64,000 nt of DNA from Glaucostegus cemiculus (taxonomy: Eukaryota), in contig CDPCPM010000370.1 of NCBI GenBank assembly GCA_976551045.1, forward strand, positions 1,364,001-1,428,000, written 5' to 3'. Below the pieces are notes generated by a model. It saw only the letters and a program-made list of their open reading frames with translations, was not told where the DNA came from and did no database searches. Every line of letters starts with the position of its first letter. The first letter of the stretch is position 1. Below are positions 27,160-38,340 of this stretch, piece after piece. The position numbers were made by a program, and so were the translations under genes.

Positions 27160-27470
27160 CACAGTGAGCCTTTGGTCGCAGAAATAGTCTACAGAGCCGC
27201 TCAGCTACAGCTCGGAGACAGCAAAACTGGGGAATGTATCATCGCTGAAAAAAGCGGACTTTGTGTAGAATTGAAGGCAGAGTAATCGGTCAGGCCCTCC
27301 ACCAGAGGGCAGCAAAAGCCCAGAAGACGGCCGGCTTCCAGTGTCTGGTAAACCTCCGCTGCTCGGTTTCGACTGTTCACCAGACCATGTCGTCAATTCC
27401 TTCACCAGTATCCTTGATGGCCCAGCGGTCAAGATTCTGCGCTTTCAACACTGCGGCCCGGGTTTGATAC
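27160..27470 (-). pseudogene. Decayed TCR V pseudogene
   Basis: SFAVSEL*LSGSVDYFCDQR followed by a CACTGTG heptamer; nonamer lost. Confidence 0.55.
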
Positions 27471-29639
27471 ACATGAAGGAAAATCTGGCCTAATGTACTT
27501 TGTTGAATCAAATGATGTGCCCCGGACTGAGCCGCGGACATCCGCCGCAATTTTAAAGCAGCCGTGGCCAGGTGAAACGCTACGAAGCCATCAATCAATG
27601 AAATGGGGTCACCGTGCAAACCAGTGAGAAAAAAAACAACATGTTTCATCAACAGTGGTTGGTATTGCTTCCTTTTCCACAGGTACTGCCTGACCTGTTG
27701 AAATTGTTTTCTGTTTTTGTTTGGATTTCCAGCAACTTCAGTTTTGATTTGCTTTTCAAAGTTATTCTTTAGTTATTTATGTGCATGTAGTGGGATTAGA
27801 CCATATACGAAGACGACGCTTCATTTTTCTTTCACACATATTTCAAAACACAAAACAGAAAAAGGAATATGACTCAACGAGGGAAGGTCAATTAAGTATA
27901 ACAATGAAATCTTCGAGAAAGCAGCCGGGAACATCGTAAAATAACGAGAAATCTGTCAAATCTGAACTGTCCTAGAGCAATAAGTCCATGTTGTTGCAAA
28001 CATCGAGAAAAGTATCACCGAAGAGAACATAGAGTTTGCAATTGATAAATGTTATCAGTGTTAAAGGATTGTGTATAAAATAAAATAACGGACAGAGGGA
28101 ATAACTATGATAGCAACTTGTGTTTCTAATTCGCATCCACAGCCAGTAATTCCGAAGGCTTGTACAGAAACACAAAAAACACATCTGTCTTCTCTCCAAA
28201 CAGTTGAGTTTGGCATTTCCATTGAACAGCGGTGATCAGGACCCCGCGATCGCCAAAACAGAGGGCATGAAGTTCCCTCATCCTGGATCTGACAAATCTA
28301 CCGAATGCCGCCCTCTTTTCTCCCGTACCATAGATCACAATGTCTGATGAGAACATCGTTCAAAATCGCACACTGGAGTCCAGAGAATCAGAGTTGTTTG
28401 GTGACGCACAATACATGTTGTAAAACTGGATACAGCCGGGTCAATGAATCTGCACTGTAACCTGCATCGGCACAAACCCTGAAGAGCAAACTGTGGCGAC
28501 CAAAAACACGTCACAAATGAGCTATTTCCAAATCCTTCAGGCAAATTTCTGGTAGAATACAAAGCTTCAAAATGTACACTTTTTCTCTGTAGATATTATG
28601 TTCACTCACATCTAACATAATACCGAAATTGGAGCCGAGATGCGGGTCGCCCTCTGCGCAAAGAATATTTGGCCAGAAAAATCCAGAACTATCCACCCGT
28701 TGGGGTGCGTATCTACCTACTAACCCACCGGATGGACGGTACAGTGCAGCAGTGATTCATACTGTGTGCAGTGGGGATCTTCGTGAGACGGGGTTTGGTG
28801 GGAATCCATCCAATGCAGGGATCAGGCCGAGACTTGCAGTAGAAATTCCAGGTATAAGATGAACAGCGGGAGAGAGCAGTGAAACATGTAATGAGAATGG
28901 GCTGCACAGAGAGTGCTGAGACTCTGCTTCATTCAGGAGTGACCGTCTCCAGCGACGTAACACACAGAAAGGAGTCCGTAAAATTAAAACTGAGACTTGG
29001 TAAAGGGCAGATCATGGGCAAAATCAAAGGCAATGTAAACATGATCGTCGTGCAGTGTAATGACCGTATAAATCTCACCGCGGAAAATATAATCCGAGAA
29101 GCCAAGAATGTGTTGAAGCTTCTGTGAACAGAAGCACGCGGTGGTGCATTAACAGAGACTCCTGGTGATGCAGTGTCGTCACGGAGAGGGTGCAATGAAA
29201 TATGTACTCTTTCTTCAAATCCGGCCTGGTGTAAAGTAAATAAAAGGAAGGTAGTCTGTCATTTAGACAGGGAAATTTGTGTCATATACGGTGACACATC
29301 GTGCATTCTATGAATAACTGACACAGGGCTAATCCGACAACAAACAGATACAAAATCCAATGGAACAAAAACAAAATCAGATAATCTACAATATAGTACT
29401 CTATCAAGCAACCCAGGGCCTGTAGAAGAATTCAGAAGTAACAATGCTGCCGTCGAATCAAGGAGGAAGATCCCTGGTCACACAACCAGCAATCAAGTAG
29501 GTAACACAACAAATGACAGAGTCAGACACGTCGGAAACAGTTCCAATTGGAGGAAGTGAAAATAGTGAATTAAAAATTAATGTTGTTCTATGTCCATGAA
29601 CAGCATGAGCTCTTGGTGTGATAGTACCCAGAGTAATAA

Positions 29640-30010
29640 GAAGTTATGTGATTTGTGTTATCGCGTGCAGTGTAATGTGAACAGTGACTTAGTCTGGTGT
29701 TACATGGCACAATGTTATGTGAACAATTCTGGGACTAATGATATGACGCGCAGTTAAATATGAACCGTGGATGGGCCTGGTGCTGTACAACAGAGTCTAT
29801 ACAGAGTTCCACGTGAACAGCGACAGGGCTGCTGTTATTTGTGACAGTGTAATGTGAGACCAGTTCTGGTGTTATAGGGCCCTTTATAGTATGAACAGTG
29901 ACCGAACCGGTGTTCCCTCTCCCATTGCATCAGCAATACTTCGTAGACCTGATATTATAGTGTTCGAAGTATTAAGACGAATGCCTGGTGCCGACTGTTG
30001 TATGAATAGT
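29640..30010. repeat. Degenerate ~40-bp minisatellite
   Basis: Recurring cagtgtaatgtgaacagtgac..ctggtgtta units; similar units near 15.7-16.0 kb and 28.9-29.2 kb. Confidence 0.6.
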
Positions 30011-32614
30011 GAACGCTTGCTATGCCTAGTCTCACAGCATCCAATTCACAGCTCCATTGCGGCCTCTAACTGTTCTTCAAGCGACAGGTTGGTATAGTTC
30101 CCTTCCGCACTCTCCAGGAAAATAATTTTAACCGCGGGAACAAACTGGTGACCTTCCTTTTGAATTCGCTCTCTATCATGGAATTTTCATTACAGTGGGT
30201 TGCTGATTGAGATCCTGAGGCTTCCCTCCCACCGAGAGCATTGCACGGTCACCCACTTCAATGGGATGACGTAACGTACGGCCGCAACAAATTGAGACCT
30301 GGGTACAGCAGTTGGACTATATTATTTCGGCAATGTTGAAATGACGCATATGCTGGTTGATTTTGTTTTGGAAACGCAGTCCTCGTAAGCCGCTCTCAAG
30401 TCAGTTTCGACCTGTTCTGCCCTTCCAATGCCAGACTCTATCCGTGTCAACCGGTGGGCTCTGCACCCTTGAGAATTTGTGGCCTACAAGCCACAAGGGA
30501 ATCAGCCCACCGGAAGTAGCTTTTTGAGAGTTACAATAAGCTTGTCAAAAGGAGTCCATGGTTCTTCCGCTATACACATCACTGCTGCACACCTTGAATA
30601 ATTATTATCAGCATTTCAGACATGTACCTGAACCCTGCGATAGTGACTGGAAATCATAAACCAGTGGACTTCATGTGCAGGTCTTCCCCATGGAAACAGT
30701 GACCTCACCCGATCAGAGACGTGTCCTTGTCCTACCTAGCCCACTCTTTCCCCACTCTCTCTGTTGCTTAAACCAACCTTAGTATTTCTCTTTTCCTGTC
30801 ATGACCGGAGATATAGAACTGGAAATGTAACCCTATTTCGCGTTCCCTTGATGTTACCCAGACTGATGAGCATTCCCTGGCTTTTAGATCTAATCGTAGT
30901 GGACATTCACGTACGCAGATAGGAGCAAGTGTAAAGAAGATGGAGGGCAAAGACTGGTATGCTTTTATTTTTACACAGGCTGTCGTAGGTGCTTTATATG
31001 CGCTGCCAGACGTGGTAGTGGATCCAGATACGAAGGAGATATTTAACAGAGAGCTAGATGTGTACATTAATTTGCAAATAAGTATGACATATGGGTGTTG
31101 TGCAGACCGAAGGGATTAGTACAGAGAGGCGTTTAATTACTCATCTAATTGGAGCGGCACAACATCGCGAGTTTACGGACCGTTCCTGTTATGTACTGTT
31201 CATTGTCCTGTGGTCCATTTCCTGGTTAGTGGGTGATAACGTTTGTCCGGTCTCCACGGTTGGGGTGAGCGGAGACTTCCTTTTTAGCACAGAAATAGAA
31301 AGAGGAACACCACTGTTTTCTGTCCTCTGCCCCGAAATCCGAGCAGGAAACTCCCTGCCTGTCAGCAGTCTCGAGTCAAGTAGGCAGCAAGAGAGTGTGT
31401 TAATCCAACAGGTGACCATAAAAACTGATGGACATGCAGTGACAGAGCACACGGTTCTTAACTGTGCATGTTGTCTCCAATTGAAAACGCGCTCAGTGAA
31501 GACGCTCAATAAATTATTCGGTGTGGAGATTTTACCCGCTGCCTTCATGAATACCGATTTCAAAATTAAGATCTGAGCACAGAAAGGCGTGTGGTGGGAA
31601 TTGCACTGGAGTTATGTTTCCCCTGTGGATTCGCCGTCCATTCCAGCAGCAGCTTGATAATGAACAGCGAGTTTTTAATCGGTAAAGTCTTTGGTTCTAC
31701 CGGACGCGTGCAGTCTGTCCCCAAACAATCGTCATTCAGCAGATTATCATCTTTGACCCCATTCGCATTTTTTATTGCGATGCGCGCCAAAAGAAAACAG
31801 TACAGAGGGAAAGGTGGACAAAGCAGGAAAGAAAGATGAGATAGTTAAAATTCTATTACCGTCTGACTGCTGGCCGGGAAATATGAGTCGCAGATATCGC
31901 AGTGAAAAGAGAGGGAGTGATAGATAATATACAGACACACATTCTTAGATTCAAAGGTACAGAATCTGCTTCTCTGACATGAATGCAGATGGTGAACATC
32001 TGAAAGAAAGACGGAACGATTCTGGAACTACTTAGAAGGTCAGGCAACATCTCCTGAAAGAGAAAGAGCGTTATTGAAGTAATTCATCAAAATTGGAAAG
32101 TGGGAAAATAAGTTAGATTGGTCTTTTAGAGAGAGGGAAGGGGACGGATTACAACAATTCGCGTCTAATTAGCCGTCGAATTGGTCGATTAAGATGGGAG
32201 GCTGTGGAGACAAAGAAAATCTGTGGTAACGAGATTTGTTCCGGACAAGGTTACGCCTCTGGGTCAGCTATTAAGGAGGAGTAAAGGGGAATGGCGACCT
32301 TTGCGAAAAGACAACTCACACCACCCACCGCACGTCAAAGACATGCAGGAGAGGCTTTCACATCGGGCTTAGTGACGTGACGAAGCGGCAGAACAATAAA
32401 CTGTCCTTGATTAAATCGGTCGATTCTTCACAGAACATAGAGGCACTGACAGTGGACCCGTGGGGCACTTCAATAAACTCCGAGACTCCGCCCAATGGAA
32501 AACAAGCCACTGAGAGTTTCCAACACAGCTCTGATGTACAGTCTGCCGGATCAGTCCAGGACAGTGGACTCCCGCTCCCTGTCACATGAACCGTCCACCC
32601 GCGGACACAGTGCG

Positions 32615-33065
32615 ATGGAAATCTTGCTGGTTTTCACTGCGTCCGTCTGCTTACACCGTGAGTACCGTTCAGATACTTAAACATAAAACTGCACTAGTCC
32701 ATTCTGAAGTTCAAACATTGTCCGTATTTGGCCTGGTGCAAGCATTTCCCATTCATCTCCGCCCTGTGCTTAATTTCCAGTGTCTTTCTGTCGGTCGGTG
32801 ACCCAGTCCCCGATGATAGTGACCAGGGAGGAGTGTCAGTCACTCACCATCAAATGCCGTTTTCAGAGCGGTTTGGCAGATAAATTCCGGACTGGTCATT
32901 TCTTCAAACAGACGCAGCCCGGGGCAGAGTGGCAGCCGATCTCTCGGGGGGGACGGTTTGTTACGTCGACAAATAAAGCAAAAAATACCTTCACGCTTGA
33001 AATTCAGAATCTGAGAGTTGCAGACAGCGTCACCTATTACTGTCAGGCCGAGTACACGTGGAAAA
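32615..33065 (+). CDS. NAR-TCR (NTCR) V segment, VNAR-like (leader 32615-32657, V exon 32781-33065)
   Basis: MEILLVFTASVCLH|gtgagt; LSFCRSVTQSPMIVTREECQSLTIKC..FFKQTQPGAEWQPISRGGRFVTSTNKAKNTFTLEIQNLRVADSVTYYCQAEYTWK. CDR2 region is deleted as in IgNAR V (ISKGGRYVETVN..SFSLRI); extra FR1 Cys at 32834. Confidence 0.88.
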
Positions 33066-33103
33066 CACAGTGATGGACCAAGGCTCGCCTCGGTACAAAA
33101 ACT
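33066..33103 (+). promoter_or_regulatory. RSS with 22-nt spacer
   Basis: CACAGTG + 22 nt + ACAAAAACT. Confidence 0.9.
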
Positions 33104-33430
33104 CTCACTGCAGATTTTCCCACAACTGACGGGGGAAAGTGAACCTTCCGGTGAACCCCTCGCTCCATCTGCCCCTGCGCTGAGTTAAAACAGGATTGGA
33201 TCATTGCACATTATACACTGGGTTTTCTCACTGCCTGGAATGCACGGATCGTAGTCGCTTTTCTCGAGTCTGCTGTCAGTGAACGAAAATTGAAAATGAC
33301 CAATCCGACTTCCTACTCCCAATTCTAGATGCTGTTGCTGCAGATCGGAAATTTCACCGGCTGGCTTTTAACTTCTGCGCGCACGTCTCGCTGAGAGCAC
33401 GCAAATTTGAAAATGACATGAAACACCGTG

Positions 33431-33501
33431 TGGGATTGGATATTTCGGAGGGGGTATTTACTATATTTCTGGAACTGGCTCTGCGGTAACTGTCACATCT
33501 G
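33431..33501 (+). CDS. NAR-TCR J segment with D-like 5' extension (possible germline DJ join)
   Basis: Heptamer CACCGTG at 33424-33430; frame GIGYFGGGIYYISGTGSAVTVTS; phase-1 donor G|GTAAGT at 33501/2. Confidence 0.8.
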
Positions 33502-34836
33502 GTAAGTATCTGAAAATTTCTACTTTTCTCCCGCTGTCCCGGGTAATATTCTGTGTAATTTAACAACAGGACTGAACGACATCGATCTCCTTCAAATAGA
33601 AAGAGGCCTGATTGCGAAATTGTTTATTGCAAAGTGGCTCTGAAGCGATCCGGGCTGAAGGAATCACGTCTCGGTTTGAATCCAGAGAGAGGATATGCGA
33701 GGCGCCCTAGGAGCAGACGGATTGGGGATGGTGATAGACAATTAATAGTGGTCTCGCTAGCGACATCCGCGTCACCGAAAAGGAATACACGTGAAAAAAT
33801 GCACCGAGTGAAGGGGTGTAGACTACGAAGAGGGGCAATGACTAATTCACGGCGTCAGCTATCTGATATTTCCTGCAGTTGTTGTCGAAGCGTGGGAGAG
33901 AGATTTTGGTGTCGGCGCTGTTTACGGAGCAATCAGATTATCTGCAGGTGTGTGGGGATTGTCCTGCGGAGACCTATTTTGTCGGATGGGTCCACACGCC
34001 CTCGGTGTTTGAAGACTGAAAAGTAATCTATTTGCTACTCAGAAGGACGACAGAAGGAGATTGACAGGAGGGATGCTGAGCTGCGAGTGAGTCTGAATCC
34101 CCTGGGAAAACCGTAGAGTGGAACCCAGCCGACTCCTGACAGATTGTCGTACCTGTTATCGGAAGGTAAAATATGAACCGCAAACAGCACAAAATCGAGC
34201 CATATAGGTATCAAAAAGAAAGAACTGTAAATAATTGATATGAAAATAAAATTAATAAACACCCGTCTCAATTTGTGCAGAACGGGAATAAGATCTTTTA
34301 TTCCGGGTTGTGACAAAGTGCTGACCGCCGTTCCGCAGACCTTCAGTGATGTTGAATCTCACTCCTTGACCGTGGAATCTTGCCATGTAATGGACAATAT
34401 CCAAAAATGGACACATTTATGGAAAGCTCATCTATTTCTCAGAAGGAACGTACTGTTCAAATATTTATTCTAATATGTCTTTTGCAGAAGAAACATAAAA
34501 GACAACGGGATTTCTGGAGAACAGGGAAGGATAACTTGACGGGCCTGGATGCTGGCTCTTTGATTTTTCTCCACTGTTATTCTGCAATGCCTTGATTAAT
34601 TCTCATTTTCTTACAAATTTCTTCATTTTCCCTTTCATAATCACAGTCCCAGACGTCCTGTGGCAGTTTTCTCCCCCACCGCAGCAAGTCGCTGAAATAA
34701 TTACAAAGAGAAATTAGGAAAATTTGCATCGATTTTAAATGAAGAATTTTTTGCGAAACCGAAGTCTATTCCTGCTGTGACACTGACTTCGCTAAATTAA
34801 CTAAAATAATCATGATTTCTCATTTTCATTCTGTAG

Positions 34837-35138
34837 GTACAATTTCCTCGCAGTCCCAGAGATTTCAATATTCTGCCGGTGACACCGTCACCTTAAGCTG
34901 TGAATATTCCGGGTTCTGTCCGTACACAATCCATTGGTATCTGCAATTACCAGGACAGGCTCCGAAATTCCTGCTCCAGAGGCACACTTCAGGAGAGCAA
35001 GATAAGGAAAACGTGCCCGGAAGACTGATTACTGGTTCTCTCGATTCCAGCAAAAAACTCAGCCAGTTAACGATCTCCAAAGTACAACTGAACGACTCGG
35101 CTGTGTATTACTGTACAATGAGTCCTCGCACAGCACTG
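34837..35138 (+). CDS. Leaderless supporting TCR V delta of NAR-TCR
   Basis: Acceptor cattctgtAG; GTISSQSQRFQYSAGDTVTLSCEYSGFCPYTIHWYLQLPGQAPKFLL..DSAVYYCTMSPRTAL; extra CDR1 Cys at 34917; no leader exon found upstream; in frame with the J donor. Confidence 0.88.
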
Positions 35139-35315
35139 CACAGTCACATAGAGTACGGCGAGAGCCGCACAAAAACCTCAGTGTTGTGGATTACAAACAC
35201 ACAGCAGTGCAGAGCGTGGAGAGCTGTTCAAAAACCAAGGCGTGGTAAGGTACAGACACTCGGCGCAACAGAGCACGGAGAGAGCTGCACAACATCCATG
35301 GTGTGGTGGGGATTT
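35139..35315 (+). repeat. 23-RSS (35139-35177) plus two diverged tandem copies, period 59 bp
   Basis: CACAGTC-23-ACAAAAACC; CACACAG-23-TCAAAAACC (35198-35236); CACTCGG-25-ACAACATCC (35257-35297); shared gag.acgg.gagagc.gc spacer core. Confidence 0.8.
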
Positions 35316-36562
35316 ATTGCAGATTGAAGGAGAAGTAGATAAAGAGACAATATTACAGGGTTAACTATGTTAGGACTTCCAGTCACACAACAGCATGTGG
35401 AATGGAGAGAGTTGATTCATATTGCACAAAATGCATCTCCGAAATTTTACTATGCCGAATAATTTTTGATGATGTTAATTAGGAGATATGTACTTGGCAT
35501 CATGCCAGGGATAACTGGTCGGCTTACGGTCGTATGAGCAGTCTTGTCCACACTCTAAGAGAGCAGAGTGAAGTTCGAGTGGCGTCGGAGACCAAAGACG
35601 GATTAATCTGAGAATACATTGTTAACAGAAAATAACTCAAATCATGAATTATGTACTTTGTTCCTCCTCTCTCTAGAAATTAATTAATCTTGCTCCATCG
35701 AACACCAATCATTTGTTGAAGTCATTCCGACAATTATTGCACACTCTCATGTGCCCGGCGAAAATAAATATGGCAGGCGACAATGGAAACTATGATTCAG
35801 GAGGTGCTCGTGGAAGCATAAGTCACATAAACAGACACATGAGTCCCGATTCCACACTGAATATCAAGCACCGTTTTACATTAACCCCATGTTATTCTTT
35901 CACATTCCCACATAAGAGAACCGCTCAATAGTCTTATCACAGTGGGGTACAAGCTGGTGGTACCTGCCATCAGGGTCCTGTATCTTCTACCGGATGGAAG
36001 AGAAGAGAAGAGAGAATAATTATATAACCTGCCCGCCCCGGTCATCCTCAGGAGGAGAGCTCCAGTGACATTCCAGTTATCGGCGTGTATCCATCGGGAT
36101 GGGCTCTTTTGTCTTGGAAAGAGAAAGTCGAGAAGATCTTTGTGATTGAGAGGTTCTCGGGAGCACGAATGTGGAGAAAAATGTTGCCACCCGTGTGGAA
36201 TTCACATACAGTGCGCGGGAGCATCAGGACGCTGGTGCCTGTACTTTTCAATTGGGCGTTCTGTTCGGAGGTGTTATTGTAAAGTACAGCTGTGAATCAG
36301 ATGAAGTAGTCGATGTGAATTACAAACGATCATAAGAAAGATTGACCTGGATGAGGCAGAAACAATGAGGGGTAATGATAGAATGAAGTAAAGCAGTGTG
36401 GAAAAGCTGGTGTGGGACACTTATGCGTCTGTCCAGGATACACAAGGGTCAGCCTGATTCTCTTTTGGAAATTCTACTTTTCCGTAACATTCGTTGCGCG
36501 GTGACCCGAACTATTGCATCTGGTTCATGCATTTAGATGAATGTTCCTCTATTTTTAAACAG

Positions 36563-36882
36563 GTCATAGCAATGTCGACTCCGCAATGCGTGGAACGAGT
36601 GAGAGGACGTCCCTTTGACCTGCAGCTACGCCAAGGAAGCTTATGACTTACGATGCTACCATCAGCATCTTGGACAACTGCACAAATTAGCCGTTATGAG
36701 CGGCACCAAAGGCAGTTTTGAAGATAAGGCGCAATTCGCCTAAGGCCGGTTTTCTTAGGCAGTTCGCAGGACTTGATAAACGAATTGAAAATCAAGGGGT
36801 TGCAGCTGTTTGACTCGGCGGTGTGTCATTGAACAAGGTGCCTCACAGTGCTGTGGTTGGGATACAGCATCGGAAATTAACT
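36563..36882 (+). pseudogene. TCR V delta-like pseudogene, paralog of the 14947 V, with RSS 36844-36882
   Basis: LTCSYAKEAYDLRCYHQ..GSFEDKAQFA*GRFS*AV vs LTCTYTNAAYYLFWYRQ..GSNELQANFAKGRFADAV; LKIKGLQLFDSAVCH*; CACAGTG-23-AAATTAACT. Confidence 0.85.
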
Positions 36883-37214
36883 GCCGAACGAATCTGGGTC
36901 ACAGTTGTTTTCTGTCGCATGCTGTTTGTAAAAACGGCTCGTGACGCTGAGACTGGAATATACCGAATCTGCGCACAAACACAGAAACCACAGGGGCTTC
37001 ACAAAAAACCTTTGACAGCAAATCCTGGCAATGTAACATTTGCTGCATTAACTGCGTGAGGATTAAACAGATCACTCTCCGTTCATCCATCTTTGGAACC
37101 TCTCCTGTCCAGCTTCAAATAAAGTGAGCGATAAATCTTTGCAACTGCTTCTTCACGGGAATCATGGGCTCAGACGGAGTTCAGGAAAGATTATAAAATT
37201 GAGGGTATTGAGTC

Positions 37215-38340
37215 ATAATCATAATCTCATGTATTATCACTGTTTTATATGACGCGAAATTTGTTATTTTACAGCAGCAGTACAGTACATGCAGAGTGAA
37301 ATTCAGAAATAAACAGGTAGTACAGAAAAGGAAAATGGGTTAGTGTTCTTGGGTTCATGGAGCGTTCATAAATCTGATGATGGAGGGGAAGAACTTGCTC
37401 CTGAATCAGTGAGTGTGGTGTTTCAGTCGCCTGTATTTCCTCCCCCATTGGATTAAAGTGAAGAAGACATGACACGGTTGGCAAGAGCCCTTAATAATGC
37501 ATGCGACCTTCTTGAGACACTGCCTCTTGAAGATATCCTCGATGTTGACGAGGGTTGTGTTCGTGATGGAACTGTCTGAGTCTGCCACCCTCTGTGGCCT
37601 CTTTCGATCCTGTGCATTGGAGCCTGCATGCAAGGCTCTAATTCAACCAGTCAGAATGTTCTCACCCATTCATCTGTAGAAACCTTCAGGAGCCTTTGCT
37701 GACAGACCAAATCGTCTCAAACTTCTAAAATCAAGCCGTTGGCCTGCATTCCTCCTGATTCGATCAATGTGTTGGCCCCAGCATAGATCCTAGCAAGGAA
37801 CAGCAAGGAACTTAAAGATGCTCAACCTTCCTTCCGCTGACCCCTCAGTGAGGACGGATGCGTGTTCATCCGACCCCGCTTTCGAAGTCTACTTTCATGT
37901 CCTTGGTCTTGGCTGCGAATTTGTAGTTGCGACACCGGTCAACCAGCTGATCTACTTCACTCCCGTCCGCGTCCTCGTTGCCATCTGAGATTTTACCATC
38001 AACAGTGGTGTAATCTGTGAATATATAAATGGCCTTTGAGCTGTGCTTAGCCACACAGTCATGATTGTAGGGAGAGTAGAGTGTAGCTCAGTGGGAAAAT
38101 CACGCTTCCTTGAGGTGCGGCTGTATTGATTTTCCTCGAGGAAGAGAAGTTATCAGCGATCTATACTAACTCTTGTCTCTCAATGAAGAAGTCGGGAATC
38201 CAGTTGCAGAGGGAGTTGCAGAGTCCCAGGCTCAGAATCTCCGTGATTAACACTGAGGGGATGATGATATTGAAAGCAGAGCTGTAATCAGGAACCCGCA
38301 GCCTGATGTATATTTTGCTCTTGCCTCTGTGCTCCAAATC
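37215..38340 (-). mobile_element. Rex1/Babar-type LINE fragment
   Basis: IYIFTDYTTVDGKISDGNEDA..EVDQLVDRC..KTKDMKVDF (decayed FADDTT RT motif); QDRKRPQRV..CLKKVACIIK. Confidence 0.8.

Noticed and set aside
33200-33240. cactggg..cactgcc as a free D segment
   Set aside because: Poor heptamers and no nonamers at correct spacing
35139-35315. CRISPR-like repeat-spacer array
   Set aside because: Vertebrate DNA, and the units are whole-unit tandem duplications of an RSS
36900-37010. Second tandem-RSS set behind the 36.6-kb pseudogene
   Set aside because: CAC and AAAAAC motifs are present, but spacers are 20-21 nt and the period is irregular
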